Source of the DNA: a virus
Lineage: Duplodnaviria > Caudoviricetes
Reading direction: 5' to 3' (one strand)
Length of the DNA: 51,148 nt
IMG/VR virus record: IMGVR_UViG_3300011116_001170
Location: 1-51,148 of that record
Shown: piece by piece, positions 1 through 7,853 of the stretch
How the letters are laid out: each line of letters starts with the position of its first letter
Numbering within the stretch: position 1 is the stretch's first letter
Notes under the pieces: generated by a model
What the model was told of the DNA's origin: nothing
Database searches by the model: none
What the model saw: only the letters and a program-made list of their open reading frames with translations
Translations under genes and position numbers: made by a program

Positions 1-40
1 TTTAGCTGTTCTAAAAATTGTTTAAGTTTCATAATTTTAA

Positions 41-232
41 TTATTTATAAGGTTCAAATCTTGGTCTACTTAATTCGCAACCAACAACGTAACCTAAATT
101 AATTCTCGATAATATTGATGTGTATTTGCAGCCATCGGGGGAATGCGCTGCCGCAATTCCTATTAGGAAACCAAAAAGAGCAGTAAATATAGCTGCGGCT
201 ATAAACAACTCTTTTAATAAAAATTGTTTCAT
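41..232 (-). CDS. small membrane protein, hypothetical
   Basis: 63-aa ORF with an N-terminal hydrophobic helix, abutting the exonuclease stop codon. Confidence 0.6.
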   Translation of the reverse strand: MKQFLLKELFIAAAIFTALFGFLIGIAAAHSPDGCKYTSILSRINLGYVVGCELSRPRFEPYK

Positions 233-847
233 CTACTCCTCCTTAATTTTTGTTAATATCTCATCACGCATTGTTATTGTTTTTTGCGCCAGTTTTGCAA
301 GTTCGGCAATGAATTTCTCATCACGATCAACCCTAATAATAAAAAGCTGCTTTTCTTTAAAGTTTGGATGAAATGAAACAAAATCGCAGAATTTGCGACC
401 ACTAACCCAAAGCCCGCCTTGCACTTGTTGCCAATAATCAGTTGGCATTTTGTTATCTAGCAAATATTTGGCATGAGTTGTCGCCATTGGGCATTTAATT
501 TCAAGCAAACCATCATCACCAAGTAAGCCATCAGGCGAATATCCAAAATTACCACAATCGCTTTTAAACATTGTGATTTCTTCGACAATTTCAAAGGTTT
601 GCTCTGCGTAAGCTTGTCTTGCGATTGGTTCTAAATCATTGCCGCGTTGCATGGCTTCGTTTTTGTAGCTTGGATCTGGCTGGCTTAACAAAGATTGAGT
701 TGCAAGTTCTAAGGCATATTTCGGCAATGTCGCTGATTCTTTGCCCGTTGAAGTTATGATTTTATCAAAATTAGACGCTGTAGCAACGCCTAATCTTAAT
801 TGAAGCCATTCTTCCGATCCTTGGACTATGTGTCTAATTATTTGCAT
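233..847 (-). CDS. YqaJ/lambda-exonuclease family recombination nuclease
   Basis: Motifs QGSEEWLQLR, TAS, RGNDLEP, YSPDG, LEIKCP, YWQQVQ; adjacent to RecT; ATG at 847 preferred over the track start at 874. Confidence 0.93.
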   Translation of the reverse strand: MQIIRHIVQGSEEWLQLRLGVATASNFDKIITSTGKESATLPKYALELATQSLLSQPDPSYKNEAMQRGNDLEPIARQAYAEQTFEIVEEITMFKSDCGNFGYSPDGLLGDDGLLEIKCPMATTHAKYLLDNKMPTDYWQQVQGGLWVSGRKFCDFVSFHPNFKEKQLFIIRVDRDEKFIAELAKLAQKTITMRDEILTKIKEE

Positions 848-1727
848 CTTTAACCTCTTCTTTTTCAGCCGCAATTTCCTTAGCCTTATTTTCTAACCTA
901 GTTTTAGCTTCTTCAAATTTAGCAAAGGGAAGATCAATGATTGAATTGATTTTAAAAACCTTGCAAAATTTCTCTTTACTGATTAGTGCATTTTTTAAAA
1001 GATTCTCAATCTCAATTCCTTGCTCTGAATCAATAGTCTCAATTTCGGGGTTAACAACTTTTTCTAAATCATAGTCTTGATTATCAAATTCTGTAATTTT
1101 CTCAATCTGCTGAATCCCGCTAAAATGAATTTTGCAAGCTCGGCGAATGATTGCTACTTTTGCCTTTTCTTCAAACCATTCTTTCCATATAAAATCTTGT
1201 TTAGCTTTGCCTTTAATTTTGTTGATTTCTGCTAAAGACATAGTTTCGCAAAAAGAAACTAAGCGACCGCCAAGAGTGTATGAAATATGGCAATAACCGC
1301 CAATGATTTTATCTCTAGGCGCAAAAGGATTGCTAATTTCTAAAGAGTAAGTTGTCGTGTCGCCTTCGCTTTTTACCACAAACAAATCACCCTCATAAAC
1401 CAATTTACAATCAATATTTGCGTCAGGATAAGCTCGTTTAATTGCGTAAATAAAACCTCTATATCCGATTTGTAAAGTTGCGTTTGAACCATATTTGATT
1501 AAATGGCAATGTTGTCTTCCATCAATTTCAAGCTGTAAATCGCAGGCTTGTTTAATCGCGCTTTCAATACTTAATGGTGTGCATTTAGATAAATCTTTCT
1601 TATCATCGCCGATTGTTTTTCTGATCTCGTTAAGAACGCTAATTACATATTTAGAATGATTAGTTCCTAACTCTGATTTCAGAAGCGCAGAGTTGTTTAA
1701 ATTGTTTTCGATTAATTGAAGTGTCAT
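834..1727 (-). CDS. recT: RecT-family single-strand annealing protein
   Basis: LSKCTP.S, LQIGYRG and W.EWFEE.AK..IRRACK motifs; paired with YqaJ exonuclease. Confidence 0.88.
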   Translation of the reverse strand: MTLQLIENNLNNSALLKSELGTNHSKYVISVLNEIRKTIGDDKKDLSKCTPLSIESAIKQACDLQLEIDGRQHCHLIKYGSNATLQIGYRGFIYAIKRAYPDANIDCKLVYEGDLFVVKSEGDTTTYSLEISNPFAPRDKIIGGYCHISYTLGGRLVSFCETMSLAEINKIKGKAKQDFIWKEWFEEKAKVAIIRRACKIHFSGIQQIEKITEFDNQDYDLEKVVNPEIETIDSEQGIEIENLLKNALISKEKFCKVFKINSIIDLPFAKFEEAKTRLENKAKEIAAEKEEVKDANN

Positions 1728-1738
1728 GTCTTATTTTT

Positions 1739-1933
1739 TTAATTATTAATAATTTCCGTCTTATATCTCGGCTTCTCACCCTCTACCCAATCCAATCTCT
1801 TCTCGCCGTCTCTATCTTCTTGAATAGCCATAGCCCTAACAATTCTTTTAGCCTCCATATCATTGATAGCATTAACTTCTATTGTGTCAAAATTCTCAAT
1901 ATATTTGGTGATTTGTACTTTATATTTTGGCAT
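1739..1933 (-). CDS. hypothetical protein
   Basis: 64-aa ORF in a tightly packed operon; EVNAINDMEAK motif typical of small phage proteins. Confidence 0.65.
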   Translation of the reverse strand: MPKYKVQITKYIENFDTIEVNAINDMEAKRIVRAMAIQEDRDGEKRLDWVEGEKPRYKTEIINN

Positions 1934-2374
1934 TTACTCCTCCGTTTCAGTTAATTCCAAATATTCTTTCAATAATTTAGGGTTTTCATAAATATTTCCA
2001 ATTACTTCAACTTTTTCATGAACTGCACCAAGATAAAAATCCATTCCTTTGATACCTTTGACAAAAAAACCAGCTTTATCATAGAATATTTCTGAAACTG
2101 TTGGATTTGGATCATAAATTTCAAAATGAAACTTACTTGGTTCTTTTTTTATTCTTTTAATAATATCGCCTTCATAAATTTCTTTTCCATTTTTATCGAG
2201 CAAGCCTGTGAATTGCATAACAATTGTTCCTAGTCCATCATTCAAATAATCGTCAAACCCAATAACATCATATCCACCATCAATATTTAATGATTTTTTG
2301 GTTTCAGTTATGTTATAGATCATTTTTCTATCTAAAGAATCCCAAGCCCTAAATTTGTATCGTGAATTTACCAT
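1934..2374 (-). CDS. YopX-family protein
   Basis: KFRAWD, MQFTGLLDKNGKEIYEGDI, EVIGNIYENP motifs. Confidence 0.93.
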   Translation of the reverse strand: MVNSRYKFRAWDSLDRKMIYNITETKKSLNIDGGYDVIGFDDYLNDGLGTIVMQFTGLLDKNGKEIYEGDIIKRIKKEPSKFHFEIYDPNPTVSEIFYDKAGFFVKGIKGMDFYLGAVHEKVEVIGNIYENPKLLKEYLELTETEE

Positions 2375-2513
2375 ATTTATCCTTCTGTTTATTTTTATAG
2401 CTAATTTTAGCGTGATTAGATTTGGTTAATATTTCTAAATTTTCAGGTCTATTATCCAATTTATTTTCGTTAAGGTGATGAACGTCTTCGTCTGGCAGTA
2501 TAAGTCTTACCAT
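2349..2513 (-). pseudogene. HNH endonuclease fragment (54 aa, not in the ORF track)
   Basis: Hand translation MVRLILPDEDVHHLNENKLDNRPENLEILTKSNHAK gives an HNH motif; the frame stays open about 30 codons upstream without an ATG. Confidence 0.7.
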
Positions 2514-2578
2514 TTGCCTTTCAGCATCAATCCAAGCTTGATGAATTTCTGGTGTGATTTCTAATTTAAATTTGTTAA

Positions 2579-2773
2579 TTATTTCATTTCCTCTGGTTGT
2601 TCATAAGTTTTAGTAATTTTACCATTTTCATAAATATGCCAATAAGTCATTTTTTTTGTAAAATGAATTGCAATTTCTTTGCCAAGATATTTCCACAATT
2701 TTGACGTAGGCTTACGGCATTTACAGTAAGGTTGATTGGATGTGCCTTGAGATTGCATTCCTCCCCTTCCCAT
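2579..2773 (-). CDS. hypothetical protein
   Basis: 64-aa ORF, start overlaps the upstream stop. Confidence 0.55.
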   Translation of the reverse strand: MGRGGMQSQGTSNQPYCKCRKPTSKLWKYLGKEIAIHFTKKMTYWHIYENGKITKTYEQPEEMK

Positions 2774-3048
2774 TACCCCTCCATTGATTCTTGTTGAGCG
2801 CGTCTTAATCCTTCGCTTTCAATTTCCGCCGTTTCGTGCCATTTTTTAACCCGATATTCAATATCTCTTTCAATATTCTTAACATAAGAAACGGTTAGTA
2901 AATCTCCGTGGTAGTCAATGTCGTTGATTTCAATTGAAATATCGGGATTTGAACTTGCGCTTACAATTGCATTCACAAATTTTGTTTTTGCTTCCAAAAG
3001 GCAATTCCCTTCAAAATCACCCCAGTCTTCTGTTTTGATAATTACCAT
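2773..3048 (-). CDS. hypothetical protein
   Basis: 91-aa ORF downstream of a promoter-like sequence. Confidence 0.65.
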   Translation of the reverse strand: MVIIKTEDWGDFEGNCLLEAKTKFVNAIVSASSNPDISIEINDIDYHGDLLTVSYVKNIERDIEYRVKKWHETAEIESEGLRRAQQESMEG

Positions 3049-3079
3049 AAAAAATATAATTAATTAATATTCTTACCGC

Positions 3080-3132
3080 ATTAAAAAGATTTAATTTTTA
3101 CTTGCAACAATTATTTTTACTACGGTAGTAAA
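3080..3132 (-). promoter_or_regulatory. sigma70-like promoter with adjacent operator-like palindrome
   Basis: TTGCAA-N16-TTTAAT on the - strand (3107-3080); inverted repeat TTTACTAC-G-GTAGTAAA at 3116-3132. Confidence 0.5.
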
Positions 3133-3193
3133 TAAATCTCTTGACATGAATTTAGCTTAGAGACTGTAGGGAAGAAATTTTCTCTCAATGATT

Positions 3194-3898
3194 CTAAATC
3201 TCTTTTTTTATTAATCGACCATCTAAACGAGTAGCTTTACCTCTTGCCACCGCTCCAAGCATTCTAGTTTTAAAGCATGAAGCAAGGCAGGTAAATATTG
3301 CAAGCATTGGATGTTGGTCTTGTTTAAAAACCTCAATTTCTTTTGCGCCATAGGCTGTTAAAATATTCTTTACTTGCCTTTGATCGTAAACACCACAAGT
3401 TTGCAATCCGTCTGGCCCGTTAGCTACTATTTCGCCTCTTTCATAACCATAAGAGCGCGCGAAACTTAAATCTTCCATGTGATAATCATCGGACTTAAAA
3501 GAAAGAGCCATTCTATCAGAAACATCAGAAATAACCCTAATTACATCATGACGCAGAGTTTGAGGGGCTATGGCTGATATTTTATCACCAAGCGCAATTG
3601 ATAGATCAAAGGGCGCGCTTGAATAAATGGCTTGCATCAAATATTCAGGCTTTGAGATAATATTAAATCTAAGATTGTCTTTGCTGAATACTTTTCCCTC
3701 CTGCTCAAAACCATTATCAAGCAAGAGTTGCTCGGCAATGACTGCGCTTCTGCGGTCAATAATAGTAACCTCAAGAGGTGCTGGATGCTCACTAGCTATT
3801 TCAATAAGCATAGGGATTGATGATCCATTGCCGCCGTCAAAGTCTAATATTCTGGTTTCTGTTTCTTGGTTTAAGTTTTGTTTAATTTTGTTTTTCAT
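3194..3898 (-). CDS. putative class I SAM-dependent methyltransferase-fold protein
   Basis: RILDFDGGNG resembles SAM motif I, followed by a VTIID strand; less Lys-rich than its neighbours. Confidence 0.5.
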   Translation of the reverse strand: MKNKIKQNLNQETETRILDFDGGNGSSIPMLIEIASEHPAPLEVTIIDRRSAVIAEQLLLDNGFEQEGKVFSKDNLRFNIISKPEYLMQAIYSSAPFDLSIALGDKISAIAPQTLRHDVIRVISDVSDRMALSFKSDDYHMEDLSFARSYGYERGEIVANGPDGLQTCGVYDQRQVKNILTAYGAKEIEVFKQDQHPMLAIFTCLASCFKTRMLGAVARGKATRLDGRLIKKEI

Positions 3899-3910
3899 TT
3901 TTACCTCAAT

Positions 3911-4498
3911 TTAATTGTTAATAGCTTCAAAACTCACAACCCAAACCCAAGGATCAGCCTCAAACTTCTCTTTTGGTTTTTTGTGAGTTGCGTTCCAAAA
4001 TATTTCAAAATCTTGGTTAGCAGTTCTGCCCGGATTGTAAACAGGGTGTTGAAAACCAACAAAAGTATTTTTGAAGCCCTCCGCAATCGCATCCTCCTCA
4101 CTAATATCCGCAAGCCTCTCAACCTTAATTCCTGTAATGCGCAGGGTTAGGCGTGAGTGTTCTTGCTTCATGTGTTGAGCTGGTTTCCAATAAGTTTCAA
4201 AACAGTTCTGATCGGCTGCATAAATCGGCAATCCGTCAACCAAATGATTACTACATTTACAGGAAGCTCCCTTTAAATCCCAACAATCAAATTTATCAAA
4301 TATTCTAAAGCTCTCTTTGCAAAAAATCTTTTGTCCTACTTGGTAGGGGCATTTAATAAGTTCAGCCAGATAAGGCTCATCAGCTTTACACATAATCTTC
4401 TTTTCCAATTCAGAAAATTTAATCACCTCCCTAAACATCACTTTTGATCCTTTTAGTATTGCTTGCACTTCTTGTGCTGTGAAAACTTTACCTTTCAT
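3911..4498 (-). CDS. conserved phage protein (ASCH/PUA-like)
   Basis: VQAILKGSK, CPY..G, SRLTLRITGIKVERLADISEEDAIAEG and PWVWVVSF motifs of a widespread phage family. Confidence 0.8.
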   Translation of the reverse strand: MKGKVFTAQEVQAILKGSKVMFREVIKFSELEKKIMCKADEPYLAELIKCPYQVGQKIFCKESFRIFDKFDCWDLKGASCKCSNHLVDGLPIYAADQNCFETYWKPAQHMKQEHSRLTLRITGIKVERLADISEEDAIAEGFKNTFVGFQHPVYNPGRTANQDFEIFWNATHKKPKEKFEADPWVWVVSFEAINN

Positions 4499-4662
4499 AA
4501 TTTTTCCTCCAAAAGTTTGATAAATCTTTTTTCCAGCTCGATTCTGTATTTCGCTTCTCTTTCATAGTCTTTCTTCAAAAGATCGTATTTTTCATTCGTA
4601 ACTTTTACAAAAAATAAAAAAGACATAACAAAAGTTGCGGTTAGTAAATAATAGTAAATCAT
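4495..4662 (-). CDS. small membrane protein (55 aa, not in track)
   Basis: MIYYYLLTATFVMSFLFFVKV...; ATGA overlap with the next gene. Confidence 0.6.
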   Translation of the reverse strand: MIYYYLLTATFVMSFLFFVKVTNEKYDLLKKDYEREAKYRIELEKRFIKLLEEKL

Positions 4663-4688
4663 ACCAAGCCCTTCATTTTAGAATTTAA

Positions 4689-5066
4689 TTAAATTTTTTT
4701 CAGTAATAAAAGTAAAAGACGCGCTGCGGTGTCTGCTAACGATTCGTTTTCTTCCTGTTCAAAAGTAAGTAGCTTGTCAAAACCATCGAAATTTTGATAG
4801 CCAATAAACACCTTGTTTTCGTGATACCAAATTCTAAGTTCGTAGTTACCAATTCCACGACTGAAAAAATCATGTTGTTTTGGCAAAGCCTTTAAAATTG
4901 TCTCGAGGTCGTAAGCCCCGACTTTTTCAATCAAAGCTGGTGTCTGTTCTTTTTCATGGACAAGTTCTGGTTCGCCCGTGTTCCATTTTACCCAATAAAA
5001 TTGAGTTTCAGCTTTAAAACCAGCTTCCGCAAGCTGTTTAGAAATTTCGTAATTAGTTGTTTTCAT
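4689..5066 (-). CDS. hypothetical phage protein
   Basis: TNYEISKQLAEAGF...AYDLETILKALP pattern common in phage proteins. Confidence 0.75.
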   Translation of the reverse strand: MKTTNYEISKQLAEAGFKAETQFYWVKWNTGEPELVHEKEQTPALIEKVGAYDLETILKALPKQHDFFSRGIGNYELRIWYHENKVFIGYQNFDGFDKLLTFEQEENESLADTAARLLLLLLKKI

Positions 5067-5490
5067 TTTCCACCTCTGCCATAAAAAATTGTTTGTTGTC
5101 TCGAAATATAGTTTTTGATTTTTCTTTTGACCGCGTAAATTCTTCGATTTTCACTAACCAACAAGCGTCTGTGTAATAATCAATTTTTCCCGTCATATGA
5201 TTTACAACGGGCATTACTTTTGTGAAAGAAAACCCGTCTGCGTCTAAATCTTCTTCTTTTGGCTGGAAAATATGTTCTGATTCTTTCGCAATAAAATACT
5301 TTGATTTTATTCTAAGTTTTTCTTCAAAAGTCTCTTTTTCTTCAGAAAGACCAACTCCTAAAAAACTACGCAACTGTTCTTCATCTTCTAAAATAAATTT
5401 GACTCCAAACTCTCGCGCCATGTAAATTGCCTTAATCGGGCAAGTAAAATAGAGTCGCTTAGCTGTGTATAATCGTTTAGTTGTTTTCAT
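5053..5490 (-). CDS. hypothetical protein, paralogue of 5603-5983
   Basis: Shares Y.TCPIKAIYM..EFGVK, ESE.IF.P and RDNKQFFMAEVE. Confidence 0.8.
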   Translation of the reverse strand: MKTTKRLYTAKRLYFTCPIKAIYMAREFGVKFILEDEEQLRSFLGVGLSEEKETFEEKLRIKSKYFIAKESEHIFQPKEEDLDADGFSFTKVMPVVNHMTGKIDYYTDACWLVKIEEFTRSKEKSKTIFRDNKQFFMAEVENENN

Positions 5491-5602
5491 TTTTTAATTT
5501 TATTAAATTTATCATTAATAATTGCGTCAATTTTATCTAACCTAGATTTCTGACCTTTTTTGCTCCAACACAGCCAAATAATTAATACAACTACAAAAGA
5601 AT

Positions 5603-5983
5603 TCATTCCACCTCCGCCATAAAAAATTGTTTATTGTCTCGTTCAATAATTTTCCAATCTTTTTTGTGAGAATTTTCCCATCTTTGATGTTTCATATTAT
5701 ACCAAGCCCATGTGCCTGTTTTTTCAAAAATAGCTATAACTAAGCAAGAAAAAGGTAATTCTGGATTGATTGAAAATCCTGCATCGTAAAGTTGCGGCTC
5801 AAAAATATTCTCTGATTCAGTCGCAACGTAAATTTTTGTAATTTCAGGAGTCATGTTTTCATAAAAAATAAAATTATTTTCTTTCAGATCCGCTTCTATT
5901 TTTATTTCTGTTAAACATTTTACACCAAATTCTTTGTGCATGTAAATTGCCTTAATCGGGCAAGTGTAATAATATCTAGCCAT
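5603..5983 (-). CDS. hypothetical protein, paralogue of 5053-5490
   Basis: Same N- and C-terminal motifs with a divergent middle. Confidence 0.8.
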   Translation of the reverse strand: MARYYYTCPIKAIYMHKEFGVKCLTEIKIEADLKENNFIFYENMTPEITKIYVATESENIFEPQLYDAGFSINPELPFSCLVIAIFEKTGTWAWYNMKHQRWENSHKKDWKIIERDNKQFFMAEVE

Positions 5984-5986
5984 TTT

Positions 5987-6346
5987 TTACTCCTTTGTTA
6001 TTGTTAATTGATTACCAACCTTGACCATGATTTTTTTAACACAAATCGCGCCCGTGATTGGTTCTATGTAGTGTTCTTCTTTTTCAATCCATTGCTGCTT
6101 TGGAACAAAAACTTCTAGCCAATCGGCGGGAGCGGGCTTTTTACCATAACCATAAGCCTTGTTCCAATCCTCAAGCTTTGTTTCTTTTAAAATTGCATTA
6201 GAAATATATTTAAAATCGCTATCGCTTATCACATTTTTTAAAGATTCATAAACCACGTCAGAATAGCTTTCAGAATATTCAAAGCCGTAAATTTCTGAAA
6301 AAATAGCTAGTGTTTTTATGAAAATTTTAGGATTAAGCATTTTCAA
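5987..6346 (-). CDS. hypothetical protein (position of a helicase loader or replication accessory)
   Basis: Overlaps the 3' end of the replication initiator; function inferred from synteny only. Confidence 0.55.
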   Translation of the reverse strand: MKMLNPKIFIKTLAIFSEIYGFEYSESYSDVVYESLKNVISDSDFKYISNAILKETKLEDWNKAYGYGKKPAPADWLEVFVPKQQWIEKEEHYIEPITGAICVKKIMVKVGNQLTITKE

Positions 6347-7034
6347 CTCCGTGTCTATTTAAAAATTTTTCAGTAGAATCGGCGTTAGTTTGACGTCTTT
6401 TTTGGTCAGCAGTTAAAAACTGGCTTTGATTATTATTTTTAGGCTCAAAAACCCCCGTCCAGTTGCTTTTAATTGAATTTTCTAGTGATTGATTGGCATC
6501 CAAGCCTTTGTTGTGAAATTTTGTCAGCTCTTTGATTATCAACTCGATTGCTTTTTCTGTCGGCTTTGCTTTTTTTGATTTACGCATTTCTAAAAATGCA
6601 TTCCAAAGCGAAGCGTCAATAAAATTTGGGATTGTTATTTGTGATTTAGATTCTTCATTAAGATTATCATTTAGATTTACATTTACATTATTATTAGGGG
6701 TTACGCTAGGGGTTTTCTTGGGGTTAACTAGGGGTTTTCTTGGGGTTTTTTTACTTTTTGGACGACCTCCTTTAACCCCGTGTTTAGCACCTAGACAGCC
6801 ATTTTTAAATCTAGCCTTATTTGCTATCAATTGTGGTTCAATTAGCCTAAAAATTGTCTTTGGATAGCCAATTAAATCTATCAATTTTGTGTTAAGAGAA
6901 AACTCGCAAATTGCGCGATAAATTTGCAATTGATCAGCATCATCTAAATCACCAATCGCCTCAAAAAAAGAGCGATAAAAAATGAAGCTGTTGCGATTAT
7001 TTGTTGTGGTTGGTTTCATTTTTTGACATTCCAT
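6333..7034 (-). CDS. phage replication initiator (DUF6291-like N-terminus, DnaD-like C-terminus)
   Basis: NSFIFYRSFFEAI N-terminus, GGRPK, low-complexity linker, LWNAFLEMRK...SIKSNWTGVF C-terminus. Confidence 0.8.
   Translation of the reverse strand: MECQKMKPTTTNNRNSFIFYRSFFEAIGDLDDADQLQIYRAICEFSLNTKLIDLIGYPKTIFRLIEPQLIANKARFKNGCLGAKHGVKGGRPKSKKTPRKPLVNPKKTPSVTPNNNVNVNLNDNLNEESKSQITIPNFIDASLWNAFLEMRKSKKAKPTEKAIELIIKELTKFHNKGLDANQSLENSIKSNWTGVFEPKNNNQSQFLTADQKRRQTNADSTEKFLNRHGVENA
6695..6750. repeat. iteron-like repeats, probable replication origin
   Basis: Five T(A)GGGGTT units; CTAGGGGTTTTCTTGGGGTT occurs exactly at 6706-6725 and 6728-6747, next to an AT-rich tract inside the initiator gene. 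Confidence 0.65.
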
Positions 7035-7197
7035 TATTTAACATTGCACAAATATTATTCTTAAAGTGGTAAAGTATTTTCTTAACCGAGGTTTTTTGAT
7101 CGGCATTAGCTTGCATCGACTCAAGAATTGGCATTATATATCCAACAAGCCTCTTGGTTTCGTCATTGATTAAGCCTTCGATTTGATTTTGATTCAT
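6997..7197 (-). CDS. hypothetical protein
   Basis: 66-aa ORF directly upstream of the initiator. Confidence 0.6.
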   Translation of the reverse strand: MNQNQIEGLINDETKRLVGYIMPILESMQANADQKTSVKKILYHFKNNICAMLNNGMSKNETNHNK

Positions 7198-7261
7198 TGC
7201 ATGTTTGACATTAAATTAATTTCCACCACTCTCAATCTTTATTTCTAAAAGTCAAGAAAAA

Positions 7262-7500
7262 ATTGCCTTTTTACAGAAGACTAACTGACTAGAACACGAG
7301 CAGCTTTCTAGCCACGTAAAACATGAATAGAAAAGCAAAGAAATTGGCTTTCGGTGCGCGCGCACCTACTCGCCAAATTACAACTATGTTCTGGAAGTTG
7401 CCTCCGAGCTTGGTTGTGTAATGAGCTACCCAAGCTTCCCTCCTGTTTAACGACCGTCTAAGTCACGTCATTACCGAGTTATGCCTTCTTCTTTAGCCAG
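7262..7500 (-). ncRNA. structured ncRNA, scaffold-1 copy A
   Basis: Closing helix CTGGCTA/TAGTCAG, 3' hairpin GTCTT-CTGTAAA-AAGGC, internal AGUA/GAA loop-E motif; both ends shared with 47949-48141. Confidence 0.65.
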
Positions 7501-7543
7501 GCTGGCTTTCAATAGTGTCGAATTCGACACCTTTAGAATTTGG

Positions 7544-7617
7544 TGGAGCGAGGCAAGGGAATCGAACCCTTCGCTTTAGCTTGGAAGGCTAAGGTATTAC
7601 CACTATACGAGCCCCGC
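7544..7617 (-). tRNA. tRNA-Gly (UCC)
   Basis: GCGGGGC/GCCTCGC acceptor, TTAGC-CTTCCAA-GCTAA anticodon arm, GGTTCGATTCC T-arm, U73, encoded CCA with a second CCA at 7541-7543. Confidence 0.95.
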
Positions 7618-7620
7618 AAA

Positions 7621-7731
7621 AATATTCTCTAAAAACAACACCTCAAAAGTTATCAGCGATTCTTTTGCGACGCGGCTAGATGTTGTTGGACTTCATAACC
7701 TAACGCCGTGATGTTGCTTTTAGAAAATATT
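7621..7731 (-). ncRNA. long-stem ncRNA, scaffold-2 copy A
   Basis: 22-bp stem 7710-7731/7621-7642 whose three non-Watson-Crick pairs are all G-U on the - strand; outer arms identical to 47523-47718. Confidence 0.65.
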
Positions 7732-7853
7732 AAACGAAACCAGCGGGAGTTTGCTCGAGCCTCCCGCCGACCGACTAAGCCAGTTGCAACTAACTTAGCC
7801 CTAGCTCCATCACTTACGTTTAAAAGGAGAGGAATCGCTAGTCTATCTCTTAA

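Noticed and set aside
3081-3094. CtrA box suggesting an alphaproteobacterial host
   Set aside because: Spacing is TTAA-N6-TTAA rather than N7, and such words are common in AT-rich DNA.
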